A stretch of 64,000 nt of DNA, from the NCBI RefSeq assembly GCF_040395855.1, contig NZ_JBEBPO010000002.1:2761-66760 (forward strand), written 5' to 3'. Each line of letters begins with the position of its first letter. Position 1 is the stretch's first letter. The translations under genes and the position numbers were made by a program. The notes beneath the pieces are model-generated. The model was not told where the DNA came from and searched no databases. It was given only the letters and a program-made list of their open reading frames with translations. Below, one piece after another: positions 53,808 to 63,178 of this stretch. This stretch comes from Herminiimonas fonticola. GTDB lineage: Bacteria; Pseudomonadota; Gammaproteobacteria; Burkholderiales; Burkholderiaceae_D.

Positions 53808-54392
53808 TTATTTATTTTTTGCCAGCGCCTGTTCAAGATCGGCAATCAGCTTTTTATCGCCAGGCGTTATTTTTGACGGATAGCTTGTAATCACTTTTCC
53901 ATCGCGTCCCAGCAGGATTTTGTGAAAATTCCATTGAGGCGGCAGTGCGCCGGCTTTCATCAGGGATTGATAAACGGGATTGCTGTTCGGGCCGATGACA
54001 GAGGATTTGGCAAACATCGGAAATTTCACGCCATAGGTGTTTTTGCAAAACTCGGCGATCTCCTTGTTCGCGCCCGGTTCCTGCTGGCCAAAATCGTTGG
54101 ATGCAAAACCCAGCACGACCAATCCTTGTGGCTGGTATTTGGCATATAGCTGTTCCAAACCTTCGTATTGAACCGTAAAGCCGCAATAGCTGGCAGTGTT
54201 GACCACCAAAACGACTTTGCCCGCATATTGGCAAAGGTTTTGTGGCGCCTCATCCTGCAGGCGCGCGACGACATGATTCAATGTTGCAGGGCAGGCGGCT
54301 GGCGCAGCAGTTTGTGCAGATGCGGTATGTGCAGCGCTGAACAAGATTGCCAGCAGCGTGCTGCACATCAGCGTGAAGAAGGATTTTTTCAT
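53808..54392 (-). CDS. Exported glutathione peroxidase (Cys type)
   Basis: Signal peptide; 'VNTASYCGFT', 'NDFGQQEPG', 'WNFHK'. Confidence 0.9.
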   Translation of the reverse strand: MKKSFFTLMCSTLLAILFSAAHTASAQTAAPAACPATLNHVVARLQDEAPQNLCQYAGKVVLVVNTASYCGFTVQYEGLEQLYAKYQPQGLVVLGFASNDFGQQEPGANKEIAEFCKNTYGVKFPMFAKSSVIGPNSNPVYQSLMKAGALPPQWNFHKILLGRDGKVITSYPSKITPGDKKLIADLEQALAKNK

Positions 54393-54676
54393 CTGATGGT
54401 TGATGTCGTCATGAATGCCCCCATCTTGCATCAAGAGGGGGTTTTTGTCATGGTGCCTATGCAAAACGGATGGCAATTTTTCGTGCCGGGATGAATTATA
54501 TGCAAGGTCGGCGTTTTATATTTTCAGTTTGATTCTTCCTTGCCTTTCATGGTTTGCGTCGTGCGGCTGCGGCATGAAGACTGTTTATTGACCAGCAGAA
54601 AATAAAACCTGCTGCGTTAAACAGGCGCTGTTACCAGGCATGTCATGGTTTTTGACTGGGTAAATGATGAATTTCT

Positions 54677-54685
54677 TGGTAGAAT
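54677..54685 (+). promoter_or_regulatory. Extended -10 element (TGnTAGAAT)
   Basis: TGGTAGAAT 30 bp upstream of ATG 54716. Confidence 0.45.
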
Positions 54686-54715
54686 CAAGCACTTAACTCA
54701 ATTTTTAAGGCGCGT

Positions 54716-55570
54716 ATGTTGTACCCAGAATTGTTTAAATCGTTAGAGCAGGTACGCTGGAACATGGAAAAAGATATTCCATGGGATCAGTTTGACGGCT
54801 CCAAACTCACTGATGAGCAGGCGCAAACCATACGCATGAATGCGATTACGGAATGGTCGGCCTTGCCTGCAACGGAAATGTTCCTGCGTGACAATCGCGG
54901 CGACAGTGATTTCTCTGCATTCATGTCGGTATGGTTTTTTGAAGAACAAAAGCATTCGCTGGTGTTGATGGAATATCTGCGTCGCTTCAAGCCCGAGTTT
55001 GTGCCGACCGAAGAAGAGCTGCACAATGTGCGTTTTGAATTTGATCCTGCTCCTGCGCTGGAAACATTGATGATGCACTTCTGCGGTGAAATCCGCCTGA
55101 ACCACTGGTATCGCTGTGCATCCGAATGGCACACCGAGCCTGTCATCAAACAGATTTACAAAATCATCAGCCAGGATGAAGCGCGCCACGGCGGTGCTTA
55201 TCTGCGCTACATGAAAAAAGCATTGATTGAAGTCGGCGACAGCGCACGTGCTGCCTTTGCCAAGATCGGTGTCTTGATGGCTTCGGCGCGTCGTACTGAA
55301 AAGCCTTTGCATCCAACCAATCTGCATGTGAACCAATCGCTGTTCCCGAACGATACGGTGCAATCGCGTTTGCCCGATCCGGAATGGCTGGAGCGCTGGC
55401 TGGACGGTCAGATCAAGTTTGACGGCGAGTGGGAAAAGAAAGTCGTCGATCGCATTCTGCACAATATGTCGCTGCTGTTCGAGCGTACCTTCGGTTCGGT
55501 GCAGGAATTGAATCGCTACCGCAAGGAAATCGTCACGCGCCTGGCGGCGGCCCAACCGCAAACGGCTTGA
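54716..55570 (+). CDS. Ferritin-like class II di-iron protein (desaturase/oxygenase-like)
   Basis: Ligand pattern E46, E77-x2-H80, E125, E155-x2-H158. Confidence 0.75.
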   Translation: MLYPELFKSLEQVRWNMEKDIPWDQFDGSKLTDEQAQTIRMNAITEWSALPATEMFLRDNRGDSDFSAFMSVWFFEEQKHSLVLMEYLRRFKPEFVPTEEELHNVRFEFDPAPALETLMMHFCGEIRLNHWYRCASEWHTEPVIKQIYKIISQDEARHGGAYLRYMKKALIEVGDSARAAFAKIGVLMASARRTEKPLHPTNLHVNQSLFPNDTVQSRLPDPEWLERWLDGQIKFDGEWEKKVVDRILHNMSLLFERTFGSVQELNRYRKEIVTRLAAAQPQTA

Positions 55571-55585
55571 GTTCACGTATTCGTT

Positions 55586-55615
55586 AAAAAAAGCCGCAAA
55601 TGCTTGCGGCTTTTT
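55586..55615. terminator. Intrinsic terminator after the di-iron gene
   Basis: AAAAAAAGCCGCAA-ATGC-TTGCGGCTTTTT. Confidence 0.85.
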
Positions 55616-55680
55616 ATTTGTCTGCCATCGGATGTTCGATGCAAGATCGCTTCGATATAAGACAGATTGATCAGGAGAAG

Positions 55681-56142
55681 ATGATGCAACGGCGTACTTT
55701 ATTACGTGCTGCAATTGCGCTCGGCGCAATACCTGCAATCGGTTTTGCCAAAACCAGTCAGCCGGTGATCGAGGTTTACAAAACGCCGACTTGCGGCTGC
55801 TGTACGGATTGGCTAGACCATTTGCGGGCCAATGGCTTCAAGGTCAATGCACACAACGTGCAGGATACTGCACCGTACCGTGCAAAATTCGGTGTGCCTG
55901 CATCATTCGGCAGCTGTCATACGGGAATGGTAGGTGGTTATGCGCTGGAAGGTCATGTGCCTGCTAGCGATATCAAGCGCTTGCTGGCAGAAAAACCAAA
56001 GGCCGCAGGTTTGGCTGTGCCGGGCATGCCCATGGGTTCGCCAGGAATGGAAGTGCCGGGCCAGCCTGCCGATGCCTATGATGTGTTGTTGTTCCAGGCG
56101 AATGGAAAATACAAGGTGTATCGGCATTACGCAGCGAAATAA
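55681..56142 (+). CDS. DUF411 (CopG-like) periplasmic copper-binding protein
   Basis: 'RRTLL' Tat-like leader; 'TPTCGCCTDW', 'SCHT', 'EGHVPA', 'PGMPMGSPGME'. Confidence 0.88.
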   Translation: MMQRRTLLRAAIALGAIPAIGFAKTSQPVIEVYKTPTCGCCTDWLDHLRANGFKVNAHNVQDTAPYRAKFGVPASFGSCHTGMVGGYALEGHVPASDIKRLLAEKPKAAGLAVPGMPMGSPGMEVPGQPADAYDVLLFQANGKYKVYRHYAAK

Positions 56143-56144
56143 AT

Positions 56145-56174
56145 AAAAAAGGACGTTTTAAACGCCCTTTTTTT
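56145..56174. terminator. Bidirectional terminator between DUF411 and PCuAC
   Basis: AAAAAAGG-A-CGTTT-T-AAACG-C-CCTTTTTTT. Confidence 0.7.
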
Positions 56175-56197
56175 CATCCGTTATTGTCATCCGGTTT

Positions 56198-56692
56198 TTA
56201 TCGGTGCTGGTGATGTTCGTCGCGCTTTGTTTCGGGCGTGCTGGCTTTGCCTGTCTCCACCGTGACAGTAGTGTTAACTTTTCCTGCCTTCCTGAACGTC
56301 AATACCAGCGGCAGCTTGTCGCCGGCTTTGAGCGGCGCTGTCAAGCCGAGCAACATGATGTGATAGCCGTCGCCCGGCAGCATCGTCACTTTTTCTTGCG
56401 CTTTCAACTCGATGCTGTCCACTTCGCGCATGCGCATCACGTGATCGGCTGTCATGGACATGGTATGGATTTCTGCTGATTTGGCGGCCGGCGATTGCAC
56501 GGCAATCAAGGTATCGCTTTGCTTGCCGGTGTTTTCCATTGTGAAATACGCGCTGCCGCTGGTTTGACCGGCAACTGTGGCGCGCGCATACGGATGGTCA
56601 ATCCGGATATCGCCCGCACGATAATCATGCGCAAGCGCAACGGAACTGAGCAGCAGCGCGAAAGTCGCGAGAAAAAGTGAGCGTAAATTCAT
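56198..56692 (-). CDS. Copper chaperone PCu(A)C
   Basis: Signal peptide; 'EIHTM..VMRM..GYHIML' copper motif; His-rich tail. Confidence 0.9.
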   Translation of the reverse strand: MNLRSLFLATFALLLSSVALAHDYRAGDIRIDHPYARATVAGQTSGSAYFTMENTGKQSDTLIAVQSPAAKSAEIHTMSMTADHVMRMREVDSIELKAQEKVTMLPGDGYHIMLLGLTAPLKAGDKLPLVLTFRKAGKVNTTVTVETGKASTPETKRDEHHQHR

Positions 56693-56789
56693 GGATTCCT
56701 TCGAGTTGCATCTCATCGATGCCGGTGTGAGTGAAAAGAATGCGGCTTGCCGTGGCTCGGCATGACTGTAGCTTAAACCCGGCAAGTAG

Positions 56790-57272
56790 TTACTGTCCGC
56801 CGGCAAAACCGTTTTGCCGCCATGCTTCATAGACCACCACGGCGACGGTATTCGACAGGTTCAGGCTGCGATTGTCGGGCCGCATCGGCAGGCGTATGCG
56901 CTGTGCGGACGGAAAAGATTCGCGTAGTGCCGGAGCGAGTCCTTTGGTTTCGGAGCCGAAGACAAATATATCGCCGGGTTGAAACGCCAGGCCGGCAAAG
57001 GGCGTGGAGCCATGCGTGGTCAGTGCAAACATGCGGGTTGGGTTCAAGGGCTGATCGGCCGGAAACGAGTCGAGAAATGCCTGCCAGTCGCGGTGTACCT
57101 TCATCTGCGCGTAATCGTGATAGTCGAGGCCGGCCCGACGCATCTTGGCATCGTCCAGTGGAAAGCCCAATGGTTCGACCAGATGCAACTGCGCACCTGT
57201 ATTGGCGCACAGGCGGATGATATTGCCGGTATTCGGCGGGATTTCAGGTTCGACCAGTACAACATGAAACAA
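56790..57272 (-). CDS. trmL: tRNA (cytidine/uridine(34)-2'-O)-methyltransferase
   Basis: 'PEIPPNTGNIIRLC', 'RRAGLDYH', 'FGSETKGL', 'RSLNLSN'. Confidence 0.95.
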   Translation of the reverse strand: MFHVVLVEPEIPPNTGNIIRLCANTGAQLHLVEPLGFPLDDAKMRRAGLDYHDYAQMKVHRDWQAFLDSFPADQPLNPTRMFALTTHGSTPFAGLAFQPGDIFVFGSETKGLAPALRESFPSAQRIRLPMRPDNRSLNLSNTVAVVVYEAWRQNGFAGGQ

Positions 57273-57365
57273 GACTATTCTCCTCGGCTGGCGGTGTGCC
57301 AGTGCATTGCGATATCGCAGTATTACGAAAGCAGAGCGCGCATTTTAATCCGATTGCAGGCGACT

Positions 57366-58109
57366 TTACTTCGGCGGTGTGCGCGCGAAGACCAGGTTGG
57401 TGACGCGTACTGCACCATGACGTTTCAGCGTGATGGCAATTTCGTTCAGGGTGACGCCGGTAGTCATCACGTCATCCACGACACCTACATGCCGTCCCCG
57501 TACCAGTAAGTCGGCATTGGCCGGCAAGACAAATGCATGGCGCATGTTGCGATGACGTTCGGCCGGATGCAGCATCGACTGCATCAGCGTGTCGCGCGTA
57601 CGTTCCAGCAATTGCGGTGCCAGCGGTATGGCAATCGCCCGTGCCAAAGGTTTGGCAATTTCCAGCGCCTGATTGAAGCCGCGTTCGCTCAGTCTCTTTT
57701 CTCCCAGCGGTACGGCGGTCAGCAAGGCGGGCATGGCGAAGGCCGGTTCGCGCAATATCGCATCGCGCAGCATGCGCGCAAACAGCGGCGCCAGTGCCAG
57801 CCGGTTGCCGAATTTGAGGGCCAGCACCAGATGATCGACAGGCGCGGCGTAATCGCCGGCCACGATGGTGGCGTCGAAGGCTGGCGGATCGCCAAGACAG
57901 GCGCCGCAACGTTGTATTGGCGCACCGGTATGCGGAAGCGGGGATGCGCATTGCAGGCAGCGCAGCGGAGTCTGATTGAAGAAGCGCTGCTCGCAATCGT
58001 GGCACAGTGACTGTCTGCTATTGAAGCCGCACAATGCGCATGACGATGGAAGGGCGGTCGGCAGGTGCCGAATGAAATGACGAGACCAATCGAAAAAACG
58101 ATGCAGCAT
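57366..58109 (-). CDS. comF: ComF-family phosphoribosyltransferase-like protein
   Basis: N-terminal CxxC zinc fingers, 'RGFNQA', 'VVDDVMTTGVT'. Confidence 0.9.
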   Translation of the reverse strand: MLHRFFDWSRHFIRHLPTALPSSCALCGFNSRQSLCHDCEQRFFNQTPLRCLQCASPLPHTGAPIQRCGACLGDPPAFDATIVAGDYAAPVDHLVLALKFGNRLALAPLFARMLRDAILREPAFAMPALLTAVPLGEKRLSERGFNQALEIAKPLARAIAIPLAPQLLERTRDTLMQSMLHPAERHRNMRHAFVLPANADLLVRGRHVGVVDDVMTTGVTLNEIAITLKRHGAVRVTNLVFARTPPK

Positions 58110-58149
58110 CGCGCAGCTCCGCTCTCATGCGTGTAAACTTGCCTGCATT

Positions 58150-59109
58150 ATGTCATTGAACCCTTCCGATCCTGTGTCTTCCCTTCCTGATTCCAAGCTG
58201 AGTGCGCCCATAGATTTGAACCGTGTACGCAGCCTGTTCGCCAATCCTGCACGCATAAACGAATCGAATTTCCTGCGCCGCGAAGTGGCGACCAGAATGC
58301 ATGAACGCCTGGCATTGGTCAGGATTGCGCCGCAATACGTGCTGGATGCAGGCTGCGGCGAAGGTGCGGATCTGGCAACCTTGCAAAAGCATTTTCCGCA
58401 GGCGACCATGCTGGGCCTCGATGCTGCTCCCGCAATGCTGGCTGCGGCCATGCAAACGCAGATGGCAGCGCTCTCGGCCGTGAATCGCTTGTTGCAGCAA
58501 TGGCTGCCGGCCACGATGGGGAAGGGCAAAAATCCCAATGCCGGTTTGCTGTGCGGTGACTTTGCGCAATTGCCGCTGGGTGTGAATGCGGTTGATCTGG
58601 TGTGGTCGAATCTGGCCTTGCACTGGCATCCGCAACCTGATCGCGTGTTCGCGGAATGGCGTCGCGTATTGCGGCAGGATGGTTTGTTGATGTTTTCCTG
58701 TTTCGGCCCCGATACCTTCAAGGAGTTGCGTGCCGCTTTTGCCGTTGTGGATAGCGCACCACATGCATTGCCCTTTGTTGATATGCATGATTTCGGCGAT
58801 ATGCTGGTCAACGCAGGTTTTTCAACGCCGGTAATGGATATGGAAACGCTGACGGTCACCTATGGTTCAGTTGAAAAATTGATGGATGATGTGCGGGCCT
58901 GGGGCGGCAATCCGCTGGACACTCGACGCCGGGGTTTGCTGGGCCGGGACGCCTGGCAACGCGTGGTGCAGGTGCTGGAGCAAAGCCGCCAGGCGGATGG
59001 AAAAATTCCGCTGACGTTTGAGATTATCTATGGTCATGCCTTCCGCCCGGCACCGAAGACGAGAGCGAACGGTGAATCGATAGTGCGTTTCGATTTACCC
59101 AGAAAATAA
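58150..59109 (+). CDS. bioC: SAM-dependent methyltransferase, BioC-like
   Basis: 'LDAGCGEG', 'DLVWSNLALHW', 'FVDMHDFGDML', 'TFEIIYGHA'; divergent from comF. Confidence 0.75.
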   Translation: MSLNPSDPVSSLPDSKLSAPIDLNRVRSLFANPARINESNFLRREVATRMHERLALVRIAPQYVLDAGCGEGADLATLQKHFPQATMLGLDAAPAMLAAAMQTQMAALSAVNRLLQQWLPATMGKGKNPNAGLLCGDFAQLPLGVNAVDLVWSNLALHWHPQPDRVFAEWRRVLRQDGLLMFSCFGPDTFKELRAAFAVVDSAPHALPFVDMHDFGDMLVNAGFSTPVMDMETLTVTYGSVEKLMDDVRAWGGNPLDTRRRGLLGRDAWQRVVQVLEQSRQADGKIPLTFEIIYGHAFRPAPKTRANGESIVRFDLPRK

Positions 59110-59547
59110 AGATGCTTGCTGAAATGATATCGATTTTTGTGTCGTCTAAGTCACAGATATTTTGTATGACAGACCGCAAAAAGCCGCGCACTTGCTGCAA
59201 TTGATCTGAAGAAGACGGCTGAAAGCCTTGCAGGGCGGGGGTGTTGTCATTTGTTTTTATACTTGATAACACCGCCCTTTCCGACTTATACTTCGACGGT
59301 TTTGCGCGAGCGCGATTTGCGTCAGCGTGCTCGGCCGATGAAGTATCGGCCTTGGCCTTGGATTGATCCGGTTGGTACGGTGCAATCGCTGGGTGGTCAT
59401 GGAATTGTCAGCTGCACGATATGAAGTGGGGTGTCCCCTACGGAATACAAGAGGCGCATGTTCATTCAAAGAACTGCGTGAGGAGCTGGGGCAGTCGGTA
59501 GGCCCGGCGGTTAAACAGAATTCTTAATTTGGGCTTTTGAGGAAATC

Positions 59548-60708
59548 ATGAAACATGCGAAGCGCCTTCAATCTTTGATGCTCGGTGCGTCGCTCCTGAC
59601 GGCAGGTTTGCCGTCTTGGGCGGTGACTGATAGTCCGGGCGGCCCGGCAGTACGCCAGTTGAACTTTCATCAACCTGTGACACAGATCGCTGAACAGATC
59701 TATTCGTTGCATACCCTGATGTTGATCATCTGCCTGGTGATTTTCCTCGCCGTGTTCGGCGTGATGTTCTACTCGATCGTCAAGCACCGCAAATCGCTCG
59801 GACATAAGTCGGCTACTTTTCACGAAAGTACCGCAGTTGAAATCGCATGGACTGTGATCCCGTTTTTGATCGTTATCGGCATGGCGCTACCGGCGACCAA
59901 AACCGTGGTAGCGATGAAGGATACGTCGAATGCCGACATCACCATTAAAGCCACCGGCATGCAATGGAAATGGGGTTACGACTATCTGGCTGGCGAAGGC
60001 GAAGGTATCGGCTTCCTTTCCAATCTGTCTACGCCACGCGAACAAATTACTGACCACACTCAGGCCAAAAACGAAAATTATCTGATTGAAGTCGATAATC
60101 CGGTTGTGGTTCCAGTCAACAAGAAAATCCGTATCGTCCTGACTGCAAACGATGTTATCCACTCGTGGATGATCCCATCGTTCGGCGTCAAGCAGGATGC
60201 AATCCCCGGTTTCGTACGCGATACATGGTTCAAGGCTGAAAAAATCGGCACCTACCGCGGTCAGTGCGCGGAATTGTGCGGCAAGGATCACGCCTTCATG
60301 CCTATCGTAGTCAACGTCGTCAGCGATGAAGACTACAAGGCCTGGGTCGATGGCAAGAAAAAGGAAATGGCTGCCAATGCAGACGATCCTAACAAGACAT
60401 GGACTGTGGATGAGCTGGTTCAACGCGGCGAAAAAGTCTACACATCCAACTGTATCGCCTGCCATCAGGCAAACGGCAAAGGTGTGCCAGGCAGCTTCCC
60501 TGCACTGGACGCTTCGCCTATCGTCACCGGACCGAAAGCGGCCAATATCCATATGGTGATGGAAGGCAAGGGCGCGATGCCATCCTGGAAACCTGTATTG
60601 TCGGATACCGAAATTGCAGCAGTAATTACCTATACGCGTAATCACTGGTCCAACAAGGCTGCAGAAAACATTGTTCAACCGGCTGAAGTGCTGGCTGCGC
60701 GCAAGTAA
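59548..60708 (+). CDS. coxB: Cytochrome c oxidase subunit II with a C-terminal cytochrome c domain
   Basis: CuA 'DVIHSW..GQCAELCGKDHAFM'; heme motif 'CIACH'. Confidence 0.97.
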   Translation: MKHAKRLQSLMLGASLLTAGLPSWAVTDSPGGPAVRQLNFHQPVTQIAEQIYSLHTLMLIICLVIFLAVFGVMFYSIVKHRKSLGHKSATFHESTAVEIAWTVIPFLIVIGMALPATKTVVAMKDTSNADITIKATGMQWKWGYDYLAGEGEGIGFLSNLSTPREQITDHTQAKNENYLIEVDNPVVVPVNKKIRIVLTANDVIHSWMIPSFGVKQDAIPGFVRDTWFKAEKIGTYRGQCAELCGKDHAFMPIVVNVVSDEDYKAWVDGKKKEMAANADDPNKTWTVDELVQRGEKVYTSNCIACHQANGKGVPGSFPALDASPIVTGPKAANIHMVMEGKGAMPSWKPVLSDTEIAAVITYTRNHWSNKAAENIVQPAEVLAARK

Positions 60709-60726
60709 TTGAATCAGGAGATTGAG

Positions 60727-62334
60727 ATGAGCACAACCGCAGTCGATCATTCACACGACGCAGCCCACGATCATTCGCATGACGATCATCACGGCGCACC
60801 GCAAGGCTGGCGTCGTTGGGTATATGCGACGAACCACAAGGATATTGGTACGCTTTATCTGTGGTTCTCTTTCACCATGCTGCTGTCCGGTGGTTTCCTG
60901 GCGATGTTGATTCGCGCAGAACTGTTCCAGCCTGGTTTGCAATTGATGCAGCCTGAATTCTTCAATCAGCTGACCACGATGCACGGCATCATGATGGTGT
61001 TCGGCGCGATCATGCCGGCCTTTGTCGGTTTCGCCAACTGGATGATCCCATTGCAAATCGGCGCGTCGGATATGGCATTTGCGCGGATGAACAACTTCTC
61101 GTTCTGGCTGTTGCCGCCTGCTGCTGTGCTGCTGGTTGCATCATTCTTCGTACCTGGCGGCGCAACAGCTGCCGGCTGGACGCTGTATGCGCCGTTGTCG
61201 ACGCAAATGGGCCCAGGTATGGACATGGCGATTTTTGCCCTGCATATCATGGGTGCATCGTCGATCATGGGCTCGATCAACATTATCGTCACCGTCCTGA
61301 ACATGCGCGCTCCTGGCATGACTCTGATGAAGATGCCGATGTTCTGCTGGACCTGGCTGATTACCGCTTATCTGCTGATCGCTGTGATGCCTGTTCTGGC
61401 CGGCGCAATCACAATGACATTGACCGATCGTCACTTCGGTACCTCGTTCTTTAATGCGGCTGGTGGCGGCGATCCTGTCATGTACCAGCATATCTTCTGG
61501 TTCTTCGGACATCCAGAGGTGTACATCATGATTCTGCCTGCGTTCGGTATCGTGTCGCATATCATCCCGACCTTCGCCCGCAAGCAATTGTTCGGCTATG
61601 CATCGATGGTGTATGCAACCGCTTCGATCGCGATTCTGTCGTTCATGGTGTGGGCGCATCACATGTTCACCACCGGCATGCCGGTGACTGCCCAGCTGTT
61701 CTTCATGTACGCAACGATGCTGATTGCGGTGCCGACCGGCGTGAAGATTTTCAACTGGGTTGCGACGATGTGGAAAGGCTCGATGACATTCGAGACGCCT
61801 ATGCTGTTCGCAATCGGTTTCATCTTCGTGTTTACCATCGGTGGCTTTACCGGCCTGATTCTGGCGGTAACACCGATCGATATCCAGTTGCAGGATACCT
61901 ATTACGTGGTTGCCCACTTCCACTATGTGCTGGTGGCCGGTTCGCTGTTCGCCCTGTTCGCCGGTTTCTACTACTGGGGTCCGAAGTGGACTGGTTTCAT
62001 GTACAACGAAACTCGCGGCAAGATCCATTTCTGGGGTTCGCTGATCCTGTTTAACATCACCTTCTTCCCTATGCACTTCCTGGGATTGGCGGGTATGCCA
62101 CGCCGTTATGCTGATTATCCGGCGCAGTTCACCGATTTCAACGTGATTGCATCCATCGGTGGTCTTGGTTTCGGTTTGATGCAGGTGTATTTCCTGTTCG
62201 CAGTGGTGATTCCATCGATTCGCGGTGGCAAGCCAGCTGCTGACAAGCCTTGGGATGGTGCGGAAGGTCTGGAATGGACTGTGCCTAGTCCAGCGCCGTT
62301 CCACACGTTTGAAATACCACCGACTGTTAAATAA
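60727..62334 (+). CDS. coxA: Cytochrome c oxidase subunit I
   Basis: 'NHKDIGTLY', '[10 protein letters not shown]', 'WAHHMF', 'VAHFHYV', 'GMPRRY'. Confidence 0.98.
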   Translation: MSTTAVDHSHDAAHDHSHDDHHGAPQGWRRWVYATNHKDIGTLYLWFSFTMLLSGGFLAMLIRAELFQPGLQLMQPEFFNQLTTMHGIMMVFGAIMPAFVGFANWMIPLQIGASDMAFARMNNFSFWLLPPAAVLLVASFFVPGGATAAGWTLYAPLSTQMGPGMDMAIFALHIMGASSIMGSINIIVTVLNMRAPGMTLMKMPMFCWTWLITAYLLIAVMPVLAGAITMTLTDRHFGTSFFNAAGGGDPVMYQHIFWFFGHPEVYIMILPAFGIVSHIIPTFARKQLFGYASMVYATASIAILSFMVWAHHMFTTGMPVTAQLFFMYATMLIAVPTGVKIFNWVATMWKGSMTFETPMLFAIGFIFVFTIGGFTGLILAVTPIDIQLQDTYYVVAHFHYVLVAGSLFALFAGFYYWGPKWTGFMYNETRGKIHFWGSLILFNITFFPMHFLGLAGMPRRYADYPAQFTDFNVIASIGGLGFGLMQVYFLFAVVIPSIRGGKPAADKPWDGAEGLEWTVPSPAPFHTFEIPPTVK

Positions 62335-62341
62335 ATGGAGT

Positions 62342-62359
62342 GGCGGGCGCAAGCCCGCC
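62342..62359 (+). other. GC-rich GNRA-loop hairpin between coxA and the next ORF
   Basis: GGCGGGC-GCAA-GCCCGCC; only a short U-tract, so possibly an mRNA-stabilising hairpin or partial terminator. Confidence 0.55.
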
Positions 62360-62364
62360 TTCAT

Positions 62365-62469
62365 ATGACGGATCAAAAAAAGCGTAATCTGCGTACCGGC
62401 CTTATTCTGGCTGTCATCGCAGCGGGTTTCATGCTGAGCGTGATCGCGAAGCGCTTGTGGTTTAGTTAG
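62365..62469 (+). CDS. Small cytochrome oxidase-associated membrane peptide (34 aa)
   Basis: MTDQKKRNLRTGLILAVIAAGFMLSVIAKRLWFS between coxA and ctaG; missed by the ORF track. Confidence 0.75.
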   Translation: MTDQKKRNLRTGLILAVIAAGFMLSVIAKRLWFS

Positions 62470-62475
62470 GGCAAG

Positions 62476-63054
62476 ATGGAAAATCAGACAGAATCGACCG
62501 GCAAGTTGAATGGCCGTATGCTCGGCAAGCTGGCCGTGATTGCGGTGATGATGTTTGGTTTCGGTTATTTGCTGGTTCCGATCTACAAACAGATTTGCGA
62601 GCTGACCGGCGTCAATATCCTGACCTCGCAAGAGATGAAGGTAAAGCCGATCGATAATTCGCAAATCGACAAGAGCCGAACCATTACAGTTGAGTTTGAT
62701 GCAAACACGACAGGACCATTTCGGTTTCGTCCGACGGTAAACAGCATGAAAGTGCATCCGGGCGAAATGAGTCAGGTGTTGTACGAAGTAGTGAATACGC
62801 AGACGCGCAGTGTGGAAGCACAGGCAATTCCAAGTTATGCGCCGCAGCAGGCGGCAGCGCATTTCAAAAAAGTGGAATGTTTTTGTTTTCAGCAACAAAC
62901 ACTGGAGCCTAGTCAGGCCAAGCAGATGCCGGTAGTGTTTTATCTGGACCCGGCCTTACCCAAGGATGTAAAGACGATAACCTTGTCCTATACTTTCTTT
63001 GAAATTGCCAAGCCTGAAAAACAGGCGGCGGTGAAGCCGGCAACAGCAGGATGA
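62476..63054 (+). CDS. ctaG: Cytochrome c oxidase assembly protein CtaG/Cox11
   Basis: 'MFGFGYLLVPIYKQIC', 'FKKVECFCF', 'ITLSYTFF'. Confidence 0.95.
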   Translation: MENQTESTGKLNGRMLGKLAVIAVMMFGFGYLLVPIYKQICELTGVNILTSQEMKVKPIDNSQIDKSRTITVEFDANTTGPFRFRPTVNSMKVHPGEMSQVLYEVVNTQTRSVEAQAIPSYAPQQAAAHFKKVECFCFQQQTLEPSQAKQMPVVFYLDPALPKDVKTITLSYTFFEIAKPEKQAAVKPATAG

Positions 63055-63178
63055 TGGGGCATCGGCATAGGGAATAAGCCGAAGTCGAAATGGGTTTTTA
63101 TGGCGGTGCTTGTGACCGTAGGTCGAAGTTGCCGTTGCATCGTAACTAACTACTTGAATTTTGTATTGGGAGATGGAG

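Noticed and set aside
54473-54487. sigma54-like element GGCACG-AAAAA-TTGC upstream of the peroxidase
   Set aside because: Spacing is GG-N11-GC; sigma54 requires N10
60727-60800. His-rich N-terminus of CoxA, and the His tract in the COG0523 protein, as a novel repeat
   Set aside because: Short low-complexity His tracts are common in these families; no DNA-level repeat structure
59110-63178. Remnants of small accessory genes often found around cox operons (before coxB, after ctaG)
   Set aside because: No frame with a recognisable hydrophobic or conserved motif; short ORFs such as 63100-63297 overlap coxC or lack an RBS
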